DNA of 64,000 nt from Methylophilaceae bacterium (GTDB lineage: Bacteria > Pseudomonadota > Gammaproteobacteria > Burkholderiales > Methylophilaceae): NCBI GenBank assembly GCA_028351715.1, contig JAOMKM010000005.1, forward strand, positions 1,283 through 65,282, given 5' to 3'. Numbering within the stretch: the first letter of the stretch is position 1; every line of letters starts with the position of its first letter. The position numbers and the translations under genes were made by a program. Positions 31,462-44,070 of this stretch are shown here, piece after piece. The notes below the pieces were generated by a model that was not told where the DNA came from, searched no databases, and was given only the letters and a program-made list of their open reading frames with translations.

Positions 31462-32733
31462 ATGCACATAAAAAACCTTCTTAAGAAAAATTTCTATGAA
31501 TTATGGGTGGCATCTCGATATACCAGCTTAAAAAATAAAAATAATTTTATATCATTCATATCATTGACCAGTATTCTTGGAATAACTCTTGGCGTAATGG
31601 CATTAATTATAGTGCTTTCTGTTATGAATGGATTCCAATCAGAGCTTAAATCACGAATTATTAGTGTTTCCTCGGACATTGAAATTACTAGCACTAAGTT
31701 TACGATAAGTGATTGGAAAAAAATAAGCGAATCGATAAAGGGATCAAAAAATGTCCTTGCTTCTGCCCCATACTCACAAAATCAAGCTATGGTTGCGATG
31801 GGAAGATTTAATAGAGGAGTAATTGTTAGAGGCATTTCTCCTGAAATAGAATTCGGTGTAAGTGATCTTCATAATAAAATAACTAAAGGTTCTTTTAAGT
31901 TAGAGCCAGAAAAATTTAATATAATAATTGGATCAGGTTTAGCAAGATACTTTGGGCTAGATATTGGAGATAAGATATCAGTTATCTCGTCTCAGGCAAA
32001 TTATTCTCCATTAGGAATGCTTCCTAGATTAAAACAATTTAAGGTTTCTGGTATTTTTGATGTAGGGATGTATGAATATGACGCCGGACTTGTTTTAATT
32101 CACTTAAATGATGCCCAAAAGTTCTTTCAGCTAGACCAAGATGTATCAGGAATACGTGTGAAGTTAGAAGATTTAGATAGAACGCAATCAACTACTAAAA
32201 ATATAGATAAATTGATAAATCAAGATAGTAGTTATTTTATTTCTGATTGGACAAAGCAACATTCTAACTTGTTTGCTGCAATTCAAATGGAGAAGCGAGT
32301 TATGTTTATCATACTGACATTAATTATTGCAGTAGCTGCTTTTAATATAGTATCAACATTGGTTATGGGTGTAACAGAAAAAAAATCTGACATTGCAATT
32401 TTAAGAACTCTAGGGGCTTCACAGAAGAGTATATTAATGATTTTTATGGCACAGGGGTTAATGATAGGAATAATTGGCACTTTCTTAGGAATTTTATTCG
32501 GAGTAATTATTTCAATTAATATAAGTACAATCGTTCCCTTTATTGAAAGGTTATTTAACGTTCAAGTTTTACCGCCGGATGTATATTATCTTTCTGAGCT
32601 TCCCTCAAAGTTGATATTAAAAGACATTTTTTCAATTGGAATTATGGGGGTACTTTTATCATTTGTTGCTACAATTTATCCAAGTATAAAAGCAACTAAA
32701 ATAGACCCAGCAACTGCATTAAAATATGAGTAA
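31462..32733 (+). CDS. lolC: Lipoprotein-releasing ABC permease LolC/E
   Basis: VLSVMNGF, VAAFNIVSTL, IAILRTLGA, YPSIKA..PATALKYE. Confidence 0.92.
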   Translation: MHIKNLLKKNFYELWVASRYTSLKNKNNFISFISLTSILGITLGVMALIIVLSVMNGFQSELKSRIISVSSDIEITSTKFTISDWKKISESIKGSKNVLASAPYSQNQAMVAMGRFNRGVIVRGISPEIEFGVSDLHNKITKGSFKLEPEKFNIIIGSGLARYFGLDIGDKISVISSQANYSPLGMLPRLKQFKVSGIFDVGMYEYDAGLVLIHLNDAQKFFQLDQDVSGIRVKLEDLDRTQSTTKNIDKLINQDSSYFISDWTKQHSNLFAAIQMEKRVMFIILTLIIAVAAFNIVSTLVMGVTEKKSDIAILRTLGASQKSILMIFMAQGLMIGIIGTFLGILFGVIISINISTIVPFIERLFNVQVLPPDVYYLSELPSKLILKDIFSIGIMGVLLSFVATIYPSIKATKIDPATALKYE

Positions 32734-33403
32734 AATATTTTTACTAAAGCTTATAGACGTCTCTAAATCATTTAAAGGGTTAGAAGCCCCTGTCCTAGAT
32801 AAAGTTAATTTTTTAATTTCATCGGGTGAGAATATAGCAATTACTGGAGTTTCTGGATCAGGTAAAAGTACTCTTCTTCATTTAATGGCGGGCTTAGAAA
32901 AGCCAGATCATGGAAAAGTTGAATTATTTGGCCATCCTATTAACACGTTAAGCCAAAATAAAATTTCTACTATTCGTAATAAGCACTTTGGTTTTATTTA
33001 TCAATTCCATCATCTTCTTCCAGATTTTTCTGCCATTGAAAATGTTGTTATGCCACTTGTAATTAGAGGGGACGATCCATTAGCTAATTTAACGCAAGGA
33101 GTTAAATTACTTAAGGTCTTAGGTCTTGAAAATAGAATTAATCATATGCCTCACGAGCTTTCTGGTGGAGAGAGGCAAAGAATTGCAATTGCCAGAGCAA
33201 TTATTACAAAGCCAGATATAATTTTAGCTGACGAGCCTACAGGTAATTTAGATTATAAAAATGCAGAATTAGTATTTGATATGTTTCTTGAGATCACAAA
33301 AGAGATAAATACTACAATAATTTTAGTGACGCATGATAATAAATTAGCAACAAAAATGAATAAAATCTATCAGTTAACTGAAGGAAAAATTCGTACAAGG
33401 TAG
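32726..33403 (+). CDS. lolD: LolD ATPase
   Basis: GVSGSGKST, GFIYQFHHLL, LSGGERQR, ADEPTGNLD. Confidence 0.93.
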   Translation: MSKIFLLKLIDVSKSFKGLEAPVLDKVNFLISSGENIAITGVSGSGKSTLLHLMAGLEKPDHGKVELFGHPINTLSQNKISTIRNKHFGFIYQFHHLLPDFSAIENVVMPLVIRGDDPLANLTQGVKLLKVLGLENRINHMPHELSGGERQRIAIARAIITKPDIILADEPTGNLDYKNAELVFDMFLEITKEINTTIILVTHDNKLATKMNKIYQLTEGKIRTR

Positions 33404-33446
33404 TATACTTTTCATTAAACATTTTAAATTTGGGAGTGAGAGCATC

Positions 33447-34049
33447 GTGTGGGAAATTATTCAAGCAGCAGGTTGGCCGATATGGCCTTTAATCATAACG
33501 TCAATTGTAGGCTTTGCTATTGTTATTGAGCGTGCATGGTCCTTGAGGGAAAGCTTTGTAATCCCAAGAGCACTAATAGGTGATGTTAAAAAAATGATTA
33601 GTAAAGGTAGTATTAGGAAAGATGAAATTCAGTCACTTCAAAAGCATTCGATGCTTGGCGAAATATATGCAACAGTTCTAAAAAATCAGGGAAAACCCGC
33701 TAATGTTATCAAAAGTGCTGTTGAGCAAACCGGTGAATCAGTAAGTTATCGACTGGAAAAGTATTTAGGAGTTTTAGGTACAATTGCGACTGTAGCACCT
33801 TTATTAGGTTTATTTGGAACAATTATAGGTATGGTTGAGTTATTTAGTTCATTTACTAGTAGCGGTCATGATGTGGCAATATTTGCAAGAGGAATCTCTA
33901 TTGCACTTTACAATACTGCTGGCGGTATTGTTGTTGCAGTTCCTGCAATGATAGCCTACCGTTTTTATCGATCTAAGGTAGATCATTTTATCAATGAAAT
34001 GGAAATGCACGCATTAGCTTTAATAGAAACTTTACAGGAGAATTCTTAA
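33447..34049 (+). CDS. MotA/TolQ/ExbB proton channel
   Basis: TIATVAPLLGLFGTIIGM, GISIALYNTAGG. Confidence 0.9.
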   Translation: MWEIIQAAGWPIWPLIITSIVGFAIVIERAWSLRESFVIPRALIGDVKKMISKGSIRKDEIQSLQKHSMLGEIYATVLKNQGKPANVIKSAVEQTGESVSYRLEKYLGVLGTIATVAPLLGLFGTIIGMVELFSSFTSSGHDVAIFARGISIALYNTAGGIVVAVPAMIAYRFYRSKVDHFINEMEMHALALIETLQENS

Positions 34050-34059
34050 TTAAATAATT

Positions 34060-34476
34060 ATGAACTTTAGAAAAAAACTTCAGCCAGATCTACCAGAGTT
34101 AAATTTTATTCCACTAATCGACGTGTTACTGGTAATTATTATTTTTTTAGTGGTGAGCACCACGTTTTCGAAATTTAGTGAATTGAAAATAAATTTACCA
34201 GTTGCCGAGGCTAACCCTATTGAAAGTAAAAATGTCCCTATAAATGTTTCAATAACAGAAGATGGAAAATACACCATAAATGAAGATTTATTATCTGATA
34301 TTACAATCGAAGCAATACAGAATAAACTGATGGAAATATCTAAAAAAAACCAGGATAAAATGCCAGTAATTATTAATGCTGATGCTATGACAAATCACCA
34401 ATCAGTTGTTAATGTAATGGAGGCATCTAGAAGAGCAGGCCTCACTAAAATTACCTTCTCCACGAAGGTAAATTAA
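34060..34476 (+). CDS. ExbD/TolR family protein
   Basis: NFIPLIDVLLVIIIF, INLP, IINAD. Confidence 0.9.
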   Translation: MNFRKKLQPDLPELNFIPLIDVLLVIIIFLVVSTTFSKFSELKINLPVAEANPIESKNVPINVSITEDGKYTINEDLLSDITIEAIQNKLMEISKKNQDKMPVIINADAMTNHQSVVNVMEASRRAGLTKITFSTKVN

Positions 34477-34502
34477 TATTTTAAGTATTATCAAAAATAT
34501 CT

Positions 34503-36242
34503 ATGTCGAAAAATACGGCAAAAATTAACCCCAACTCATTTAGAATAATCTATTTAAGGCTACTAAAATATACCTTTAAATACAAATGGGTGCTAATTCT
34601 AAGTATTTCTTTTTTATTAGTACTTGCTGCAACAAACACTGGATTTTTAGCACTCATCAAGAAAATTACTGATGAAGGTATAGTGCAGCAATCTACAGAA
34701 GCCTCTATCTTTCTTCCACTCGCATTAATAGCTCTAATGACAATTAGGGCATTATCTGGATTCATTGCAAGCTATTCGATGAGATGGCTTTCAAGAAAAA
34801 TTGTCGAAGATATGCGTTACGATATATTTAAAAAATTAATGCTACTCCCGGTAAAATTTTTTGATTCACAGGCGGCTGGAAATATAGTTTCGAAGCTAAC
34901 CTATGAAACTGAGCAGTTGTCTACTATTGTTACGAAGGTTGCACTTGATGCTATAAGAGATACCTTCACAGTTATTGCTATCCTTAGCTATATGGTTTAT
35001 TTAGATTGGCTTTTAACTCTTACATTTCTGGTAATGGCACCAATCATGGGATTTTATTTAAAAGTAGTATCACCAAAACTAAGAAAAGCAGGTGCGGAGG
35101 TTCAACAATCTATGGGTGATATGACAAGTATCTCTGAAGAAGCAATTTCAGCACAAAGGATTGTAAAGATATTTGGAGCTGAAAAATTTGAGCTATCACG
35201 CTTCTCAGTAATAAATATGCGTAATCGAAAAATGCATACTAAGTTAGCAAGGTTATCCGGAGTTAACAGCTTTGTAATTGAAATATTGTCTGCATTGGCA
35301 CTGGCGCTGGTAGTTTATTATTCCGTTGGGCATTTCAGTGCTGGAGAATTCGCAGCATTTATCGGAGCTTTATTAATGTTAATTTCTCCTATAAAGAAAC
35401 TTACTGCTATTAATGAGCAAATCCAAATCGGATATGCTGCTGCATTAAGTATCTTCTCTATTATAGATGAGCCAAAAGAAGAGGATCATGGAAGAAAAAT
35501 ACTAGGTAAAGTTCGGGGTCAAATTGAATTTAAAAATGTTTCATTTAATTATACTAAAACTGTCAAAAATATACTGAAAGATATAAATATAGAAATAAAT
35601 TCTGGAGATAAGATAGCTTTGGTTGGAATGTCCGGTGGAGGTAAAAGTACTCTGCTAAATTTAATACCAAAATTTTATAACTTAAAATCCGGTCAAATAT
35701 TTATTGATAAAAAAAATATTTCTGAAATAAGATTATCAAATTTAAGAGAAAAAATTTCATTAGTCAGTCAAGATACTATACTTTTTAACGATACTATTTA
35801 TAACAATATCTCATACGGTAGTCGCTCCAAAAGTAAGACTCAGATAATAAAGGCTGCTAAAGCTGCGAATGCATTAGAATTTATTGAAAAATTACCAAAT
35901 AAATTTAATCATATTATTGGAGATAGGGGTGTCAAGTTATCAGGAGGACAAAAGCAAAGAATCGCAATTGCGAGAGCAATTTTAAAGAATGCACCAATCT
36001 TACTTTTAGATGAAGCAACATCCTCCTTGGATTCAGAATCAGAAAAATATGTTCAGAAAGCACTAGATTTATTAACTAAAGGAAGAACCTCTCTTGTTAT
36101 TGCACACCGTCTTAGTACTGTCTTAAATGCAGATAGAATTATTGTTATAAGTAACGGTGAGGTTGTAGAAGAGGGTACTCATAATACCCTATTAAAAGCC
36201 AATAAATATTATACAAAGCTATACAAGAAGGGGTTTGATTAA
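34503..36242 (+). CDS. msbA: Lipid A flippase MsbA
   Basis: ABC TMD plus NBD (GMSGGGKST, LSGGQKQR, LDEATSSLD); upstream of lpxK. Confidence 0.92.
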   Translation: MSKNTAKINPNSFRIIYLRLLKYTFKYKWVLILSISFLLVLAATNTGFLALIKKITDEGIVQQSTEASIFLPLALIALMTIRALSGFIASYSMRWLSRKIVEDMRYDIFKKLMLLPVKFFDSQAAGNIVSKLTYETEQLSTIVTKVALDAIRDTFTVIAILSYMVYLDWLLTLTFLVMAPIMGFYLKVVSPKLRKAGAEVQQSMGDMTSISEEAISAQRIVKIFGAEKFELSRFSVINMRNRKMHTKLARLSGVNSFVIEILSALALALVVYYSVGHFSAGEFAAFIGALLMLISPIKKLTAINEQIQIGYAAALSIFSIIDEPKEEDHGRKILGKVRGQIEFKNVSFNYTKTVKNILKDINIEINSGDKIALVGMSGGGKSTLLNLIPKFYNLKSGQIFIDKKNISEIRLSNLREKISLVSQDTILFNDTIYNNISYGSRSKSKTQIIKAAKAANALEFIEKLPNKFNHIIGDRGVKLSGGQKQRIAIARAILKNAPILLLDEATSSLDSESEKYVQKALDLLTKGRTSLVIAHRLSTVLNADRIIVISNGEVVEEGTHNTLLKANKYYTKLYKKGFD

Positions 36243-36245
36243 ATA

Positions 36246-37232
36246 ATGTCTCTTCATGAGAAATTCAATCAACAATTTTATGTAAAGTCAACGTGGATTA
36301 AGCTACTAATTCCTTTAAGTTACCTTTATCTGTTATTCATAACCCTTAAAAATTTTTTATATTCTTTTGGGATACTAAAAATAAAAAAAGTTCCAGTTCC
36401 GGTTATTATCATAGGAAATATTACATTGGGAGGAACAGGTAAAACTCCTCTTTTAATTTCAATTGCATCTCATTTTTTAAGTATTGGTCTTAAGCCAGGA
36501 ATTATTTCAAGAGGTTATAAGTCTTCAAATATAAATTCGAGAGAAGTTACAAATAATTCAAAATTTATTGATGTAGGCGATGAGCCTTTTATGATAAAAA
36601 GACACCTTGGAATCCCAGTTTTTATTGGTAAAAAAAGATTTTTAACCGCCGAACTATTGCTTAGTTCTTACCCTGAGGTTGATATTATCTTGTCGGATGA
36701 TGGTCTTCAACATTTAGAGCTAGCTAGAGACTATGAGATTGTTGTTGTTGATCAGACACGAGGGTTTGGTAATAACTGTTTACTACCAGCTGGGCCTCTC
36801 CGAGAGCAAACTGAAAAATTAAGCAGTATTAATGCAATAGTAACTAATGGAAACTCTAAAAACTCTAAAAACTCATATGGCATGTACTACAAACCTAGCG
36901 ATAAGATTCGATCTGTACTTGATAATAAATATATAAATATTAACGATTTAAAAAATACTAGGCTATATGCTGCCACGGGTATTGGTAATCCAGAAAGATT
37001 TTTTTTACTATTAAACAATTATGGATTAACGTTTGATAGATTAATATTTGATGATCATCATATGTTTTCTAATGATGATTTTGGAGGGTGTGGGAATGAA
37101 ATTATAATCATGACTGAGAAAGATTCAGTAAGATGCCTACATTTAGAAAATAAAAACTTATGGTATCTTCCTATTATGGCAATTGTTGACGAAAGATTAT
37201 TCACTGATATGAAAAATAAAATAGGATTTTAG
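36246..37232 (+). CDS. lpxK: Tetraacyldisaccharide 4'-kinase
   Basis: GNITLGGTGKTP, SRGY, GDEP, DDGLQH, LPAGPLRE, MTEKD. Confidence 0.95.
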   Translation: MSLHEKFNQQFYVKSTWIKLLIPLSYLYLLFITLKNFLYSFGILKIKKVPVPVIIIGNITLGGTGKTPLLISIASHFLSIGLKPGIISRGYKSSNINSREVTNNSKFIDVGDEPFMIKRHLGIPVFIGKKRFLTAELLLSSYPEVDIILSDDGLQHLELARDYEIVVVDQTRGFGNNCLLPAGPLREQTEKLSSINAIVTNGNSKNSKNSYGMYYKPSDKIRSVLDNKYININDLKNTRLYAATGIGNPERFFLLLNNYGLTFDRLIFDDHHMFSNDDFGGCGNEIIIMTEKDSVRCLHLENKNLWYLPIMAIVDERLFTDMKNKIGF

Positions 37233-37235
37233 ATT

Positions 37236-37409
37236 ATGGATAAAAAATTACTAAATATTCTTGTATGCCCAGTAACAAAGGGACCATTAATTTATGATAA
37301 AAAGAATAATGAGTTAATTTCAAACTCAGCCAAATTAGCATATCCAATTAAAGATAATATACCTATTCTTTTAGAAGACGAAGCTAGAGCAATAAAGGTT
37401 GATAAATAA
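37236..37409 (+). CDS. ycaR: Trm112-like protein YcaR (UPF0434)
   Basis: Hand translation [18 protein letters not shown]...[18 protein letters not shown] (57 aa); lpxK-ycaR-kdsB order; below the ORF track cutoff. Confidence 0.92.
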   Translation: MDKKLLNILVCPVTKGPLIYDKKNNELISNSAKLAYPIKDNIPILLEDEARAIKVDK

Positions 37410-38153
37410 ATGACTTTTAAAGTAGTTATTCCAGCCCGCTACATGAGTACACGTCTTCCAGGTAAACCACTAATTGAAATTGGTGGAATTCCTATGGTAA
37501 TTCATGTTGCTAGAAAAGCTAGAATGAGTGGGGCTGATGAGGTTGTAATTGCTACAGATGATGAAAGGATTATCGATGTGGTTACTAGCTATGATTTCGA
37601 AGCTTTATTAACTAGTGAGAGTCATATTTCTGGTACTGACCGAGTTCTTGATGTCGTAAAACAAAAAAATTGGTCAGATAATCAATTAATTATAAATGTT
37701 CAGGGTGACGAGCCCTTAATTGACCCACAGTTAATTAAATTGCTATATGAAGGAATGAGCGAGGAGGGGTTAAATTACGCAACAGCTGCGTCAAAATTTA
37801 AAAGTTACGATGATTATTCTAATCCGAATAACGTAAAAGTTATAATTGGAAAAGATAATTTTGCAATATACTTCAGCCGCTCAAAAATTCCTCATTTTGT
37901 TAGCGATGAAAGTAATTTTTGGGATCCAAATATCTCTTTTCATCATATTGGTCTCTATGGGTATACCCCAAAATTATTGAGAATTTTTTGTGATTTTCCA
38001 GAGTCAAAACATGAGGCAATTGAAAATTTAGAGCAATTACGAGCGATAGATAATGATCTTAAAATTAAGGTTTTTGAGTATCGTGGAGATCACATGAAAG
38101 GTGTTGATACGTTAGATGATTTGGCTGCAATAAAGAAATATATTGGAGGGTAA
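37410..38153 (+). CDS. kdsB: CMP-KDO synthetase
   Basis: IPARYMSTRLPGKPL, SGTDR, NVQGDEP, LEQLRA. Confidence 0.95.
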   Translation: MTFKVVIPARYMSTRLPGKPLIEIGGIPMVIHVARKARMSGADEVVIATDDERIIDVVTSYDFEALLTSESHISGTDRVLDVVKQKNWSDNQLIINVQGDEPLIDPQLIKLLYEGMSEEGLNYATAASKFKSYDDYSNPNNVKVIIGKDNFAIYFSRSKIPHFVSDESNFWDPNISFHHIGLYGYTPKLLRIFCDFPESKHEAIENLEQLRAIDNDLKIKVFEYRGDHMKGVDTLDDLAAIKKYIGG

Positions 38154-38155
38154 AG

Positions 38156-40104
<1,949 letters not shown>

Positions 40105-40109
40105 TTATT

Positions 40110-41063
40110 TTAATATCTCCCACCAGCAGACTTTATCATATTAATTATTTTCTTATTTTTTGCTTTAAGAGCATATACAAGGGGCGTAAGTCCATATTGG
40201 TCTTTTATTTTAAGGGTCGCGCCAGAATTTATTAATAATTCTGTAATTTTTTCATTTTTACTAAAAATAGCATAATGCATTAGTGATGTTCCTTCATTGT
40301 CTTTGTGGTCTATATCGGCACCACTGCTAATTAGAATCTTTACAATATCATATTGTTTTTTTTGAATAGCCCATGATAAGGCGGTCCATTCATTCTTATC
40401 AAAATCATTAATTTTAGAATTATTTGCAATTAAAAATTCTGTGGCCCCTAAATTTCCGTTGATCGCTGCATACATTAAAGCTGTTTTACCATAATTATCT
40501 TTTAGATTAATGTTTGCTTTGTTTTTTAATAATGTTGCAATAGTTGGAATATTCCCACTTCTGCAGGCAAGCATTAGAACAGTAAGTCCAGAATTATTTC
40601 TTGTGTTGGGATCAATTCCATATTGGATTAGAAGGTTAATTGTTTCATGAAAGCCTGAGCTTGCTGCTAAACCATATGCAGACCATCCATCTGGGTCAGT
40701 CAATTTTGGGTCTGCTCCATTAGATAAAAGTATCGAAACTATTTCAGTATAATTTTTTTTTGCAGCATACATCAAAGCCGTCCACCCATCCCTTTCTGTT
40801 TTATCTATGATGGCCCCTTGGTTAATTAAGTACCTAACTACTTCAGTCTGATTCTTCCTTGAGGCATACATTAGCGCCGTGATATTATCCTTATCTTTTG
40901 TATTAGGACTTCCTCCACTTTCGATGATTGCCCTTACCATCTCAATATCACCTTTAGAAGAAGCAGTTAACAGATAAGGTATTTCTTCTGCCTTAGAAAA
41001 TGACGAGAAAGATATAGATAAAAATATTAAATAAATAAATATTTTAATATTATTATTATTCAT
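40110..41063 (-). CDS. Secreted ankyrin-repeat protein
   Basis: Signal peptide plus about 8-9 repeats of G.TALM.A...G..IV..LI..GA. Confidence 0.9.
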   Translation of the reverse strand: MNNNNIKIFIYLIFLSISFSSFSKAEEIPYLLTASSKGDIEMVRAIIESGGSPNTKDKDNITALMYASRKNQTEVVRYLINQGAIIDKTERDGWTALMYAAKKNYTEIVSILLSNGADPKLTDPDGWSAYGLAASSGFHETINLLIQYGIDPNTRNNSGLTVLMLACRSGNIPTIATLLKNKANINLKDNYGKTALMYAAINGNLGATEFLIANNSKINDFDKNEWTALSWAIQKKQYDIVKILISSGADIDHKDNEGTSLMHYAIFSKNEKITELLINSGATLKIKDQYGLTPLVYALKAKNKKIINMIKSAGGRY

Positions 41064-41934
41064 GATTTTTTAGTGCTTTTTGAATTGTAATTCCCATATC
41101 AGCCGGTGATTCTGATACCCATACCCCAGCTTTTTCAAGAGATTTTATTTTATCTTCTGCATTACCTGTTCCGCCAGATATAATTGCACCAGCGTGCCCC
41201 ATACGCTTACCTTTAGGAGCTGTTCTGCCAGCAATATATGCAGCTACTGGTTTTGAAATATTTTTTGAAATATATTCAGCAGCCAGCTCTTCATCAGAAC
41301 CACCAATCTCACCAACCATAATTATTGCATTAGTTTTTGGATCATTTTCAAACATTTCTAAGCATTCAATAAAGTTAATTCCTTTAATTGGATCTCCGCC
41401 AATACCTATACATGTCGATTGCCCAAGCCCGATTTCTGTCGTTTGTTGAACTGCTTCATATGTCAAAGTTCCTGATCTTGAAATAATACCTATTGAACCC
41501 GACTTGTGAATGCTCCCGGGCATAATGCCAATTTTACATTCATCAGGTGTTATGATTCCAGGACAGTTAGGACCAATTAATTTTGATCCATTTGATTGGA
41601 TAATAGACTTTACATTAAGCATTTCTAGGACTGGTATGCCTTCAGTAATACAAACAATTAACTCAATACCAGCTTCACTTGCTTCAATTATTGCATTCCC
41701 TGCATATGGAGGAGGGACATATATCATTGTAGCATTTGCCTCTGTATTTAACATAGCCTCCTTTACATTATTAAATACAGGAAGTTCTAAATGAGTATTT
41801 CCACCTTTTCCTGGGGTCACACCACCAACAATTTGTGTCCCATATTTAATTGATTGTTCACTGTGAAATGTACCTTGCTTACCCGTAAATCCTTGGCATA
41901 AAACTCTAGTATTTTTATTTATTAAAACTGACAT
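41056..41934 (-). CDS. sucD: Succinyl-CoA synthetase alpha subunit
   Basis: [33 protein letters not shown]. Confidence 0.96.
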   Translation of the reverse strand: MSVLINKNTRVLCQGFTGKQGTFHSEQSIKYGTQIVGGVTPGKGGNTHLELPVFNNVKEAMLNTEANATMIYVPPPYAGNAIIEASEAGIELIVCITEGIPVLEMLNVKSIIQSNGSKLIGPNCPGIITPDECKIGIMPGSIHKSGSIGIISRSGTLTYEAVQQTTEIGLGQSTCIGIGGDPIKGINFIECLEMFENDPKTNAIIMVGEIGGSDEELAAEYISKNISKPVAAYIAGRTAPKGKRMGHAGAIISGGTGNAEDKIKSLEKAGVWVSESPADMGITIQKALKNHE

Positions 41935-41937
41935 TAA

Positions 41938-43104
41938 TTATTTACCATTAGCTATTTCAACCGCCTTATTGGCCGCATCAGTTAAACTGTCTGCTGAAAT
42001 AATATTTAATTTACTATCATTTAGAGTCTCTTTTCCAAGCTCAACATTGGTTCCTTCAAGTCTTACTACTATTGGAATTTTTATTCCTACGTCTATAACG
42101 GCGTTAATGATTCCATTTGCAATAATATCGCACCGCATGATACCTCCAAAAATATTAACTAATACAACCCTTACATTATTATCTGAGATTAATATTTTTA
42201 GAGCTTTACTTACAGTTTCAGAAGTGGCCCCACCTCCAACATCTAGAAAATTAGCTGGACTACCACCAGATAATTTAATAAGGTCCATAGTTGCCATCGC
42301 AAGCCCTGCACCATTTACCATGCAACCAATACTTCCATCCAGAGCAATGTAATTTAACCCTGCATAATGAGCTTCTTTTTCTTTGGAGTCTAATTGCGAC
42401 CAGTCGTGCAGCCCTTTAATTTCTGTATGCTTAAAAAGGGCATTATCATCAACAGACATTTTGCAGTCGAGTGCAATCAGTTCATTGTTGTCAGTAATTA
42501 CGAGGGGGTTTATTTCTAGAAGTGAAAGATCGTTGTCAATGAATAACTTGTATGAAAAACATAGTAATTCGTTAAATTGGATGGCAACTTTATCATTAAG
42601 AGATAGAGAACTTATAACTTCTTTTACTTTTTTTGAATTGAGTGGTTTATTAATTTCACAGGAGACAGTAAAGATTAACTCAGGATTTTTTATTGAAATT
42701 TCCTCAATTTCCATCCCACCTGCAGTTGAGCATATTATTGTTACCGCTTCAGTTTGCCTATCAATAATAATAGAGAAGTATAGTTCTTGATTTATGGATA
42801 CAGTTTCTTCTATTAAAATACTATTAACTGGCTGACCATATGGTTCATTTTGGTATGTAACTAGATTAGTACCTAGAAATTTATTCGTAAAATTACTTGC
42901 CTCCTTAGCAGAAGAAATTATTTTTACCCCTCCAGATAAGCCTCTTCCTCCTGCATGTATTTGAGCTTTTATTGCAAATGTATTGCCTTTATTGGCGCTT
43001 ACATAGGAATCAGCTTCTGTTGAAGACTTCACGACTTTACCGTTAGGGACTCTTATTTTGGAAGATGCAAGTATTTTTTTTGCCTGATATTCGTGAAGGT
43101 TCAT
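41938..43104 (-). CDS. sucC: Succinyl-CoA synthetase beta subunit
   Basis: MNLHEYQAK, KAQIHAGGRG, NGAGLAMATMD, NIFGGIMRCD, RLEGTN. Confidence 0.96.
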   Translation of the reverse strand: MNLHEYQAKKILASSKIRVPNGKVVKSSTEADSYVSANKGNTFAIKAQIHAGGRGLSGGVKIISSAKEASNFTNKFLGTNLVTYQNEPYGQPVNSILIEETVSINQELYFSIIIDRQTEAVTIICSTAGGMEIEEISIKNPELIFTVSCEINKPLNSKKVKEVISSLSLNDKVAIQFNELLCFSYKLFIDNDLSLLEINPLVITDNNELIALDCKMSVDDNALFKHTEIKGLHDWSQLDSKEKEAHYAGLNYIALDGSIGCMVNGAGLAMATMDLIKLSGGSPANFLDVGGGATSETVSKALKILISDNNVRVVLVNIFGGIMRCDIIANGIINAVIDVGIKIPIVVRLEGTNVELGKETLNDSKLNIISADSLTDAANKAVEIANGK

Positions 43105-43253
43105 CAAAAAAATTTATAAAGTTAATTAAGCTCTAATGATATCAGAATGCAATTAGAGTAGTGCCAACTATATGTTCATGATTCAAAAAAGTATAGCAAG
43201 CCAAATTTACTTTTCAAAAACTAACAACTTAAAAAAAGAAATTTAAGATTTTT

Positions 43254-44069
43254 TTATTTTATTGGAATGAGAGTAACTGTACCTCCTTTCATATCAGGAA
43301 CGATTAGAGTTTTTTTGTTACGACTCAATGCAATATCTGCTGCTGCCTGATAATTATCATCCATGATTTTTGTTAGTCCATTTTTATGGCTGTAAACAAT
43401 ACCTTTTTTCCAGCTACTTATATAAATCACACCATCTGCATATGCCAAACCATCTCCACCATCAAATCCATCTGCAATCTTTTTAATCTTATTATTTCTT
43501 AGATTTGCCTCTAGTAGATCTCCTCCCCAATCAAGTATCAATAATTTATTATTAGCTATTGGGAGAATTCCATTTGGTGCTTTTATTTTTGAATTACCCT
43601 CAAAAAGAACACTTACCTGACCAGTTCTTTTGATTAGAAATACAAATCCACTTGAATTGAAGTCTCCTGTATCACTTACATATAAATCACCATTTTTTGA
43701 TACATCAATATCATTTAAAAACACAGGTGTCTTTGGAAAACTCATTGTCCCTGCATATACGCCCCAGGAGCCATCTAGATTAACTTCAATTACGGCATCA
43801 CGGTCAGTGACATATAGTTTGTTATTATAAAAGACTATCCCTTTTGGGTCATAGAGCCCCTCAGCAACAGTTGAAATAACTCCATTTTTATTAATCTTGG
43901 TTATTTTTCCATCTTTATCCTTATCTCGCTCACCAATCTCTGATAAGTAAATTGATCCATCAGGACCTTCTGCAACTGATTCAGGCATCTTGAATCCAGA
44001 AATTACTTCGTTTGAATAACTTATGTTAGAAAGTATAGCCAGCAGAATTCCAATAATAATTTTTCGCAT
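43254..44069 (-). CDS. Secreted SMP-30/gluconolactonase-like six-bladed beta-propeller
   Basis: Signal peptide; PES, DPKG, FLNDI..G.LYVSDTG, PNGI, GDGL blade motifs. Confidence 0.7.
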   Translation of the reverse strand: MRKIIIGILLAILSNISYSNEVISGFKMPESVAEGPDGSIYLSEIGERDKDKDGKITKINKNGVISTVAEGLYDPKGIVFYNNKLYVTDRDAVIEVNLDGSWGVYAGTMSFPKTPVFLNDIDVSKNGDLYVSDTGDFNSSGFVFLIKRTGQVSVLFEGNSKIKAPNGILPIANNKLLILDWGGDLLEANLRNNKIKKIADGFDGGDGLAYADGVIYISSWKKGIVYSHKNGLTKIMDDNYQAAADIALSRNKKTLIVPDMKGGTVTLIPIK

Positions 44070-44070
44070 T

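Noticed and set aside
36851-36875. 9-bp repeat (NSKNSKNS) in lpxK
   Set aside because: Short in-frame repeat in a variable linker with no functional evidence
43148-43168. Possible sigma54 promoter (TGGCAC...TTGCA) upstream of sucC
   Set aside because: The spacer is 8 nt rather than the required 5
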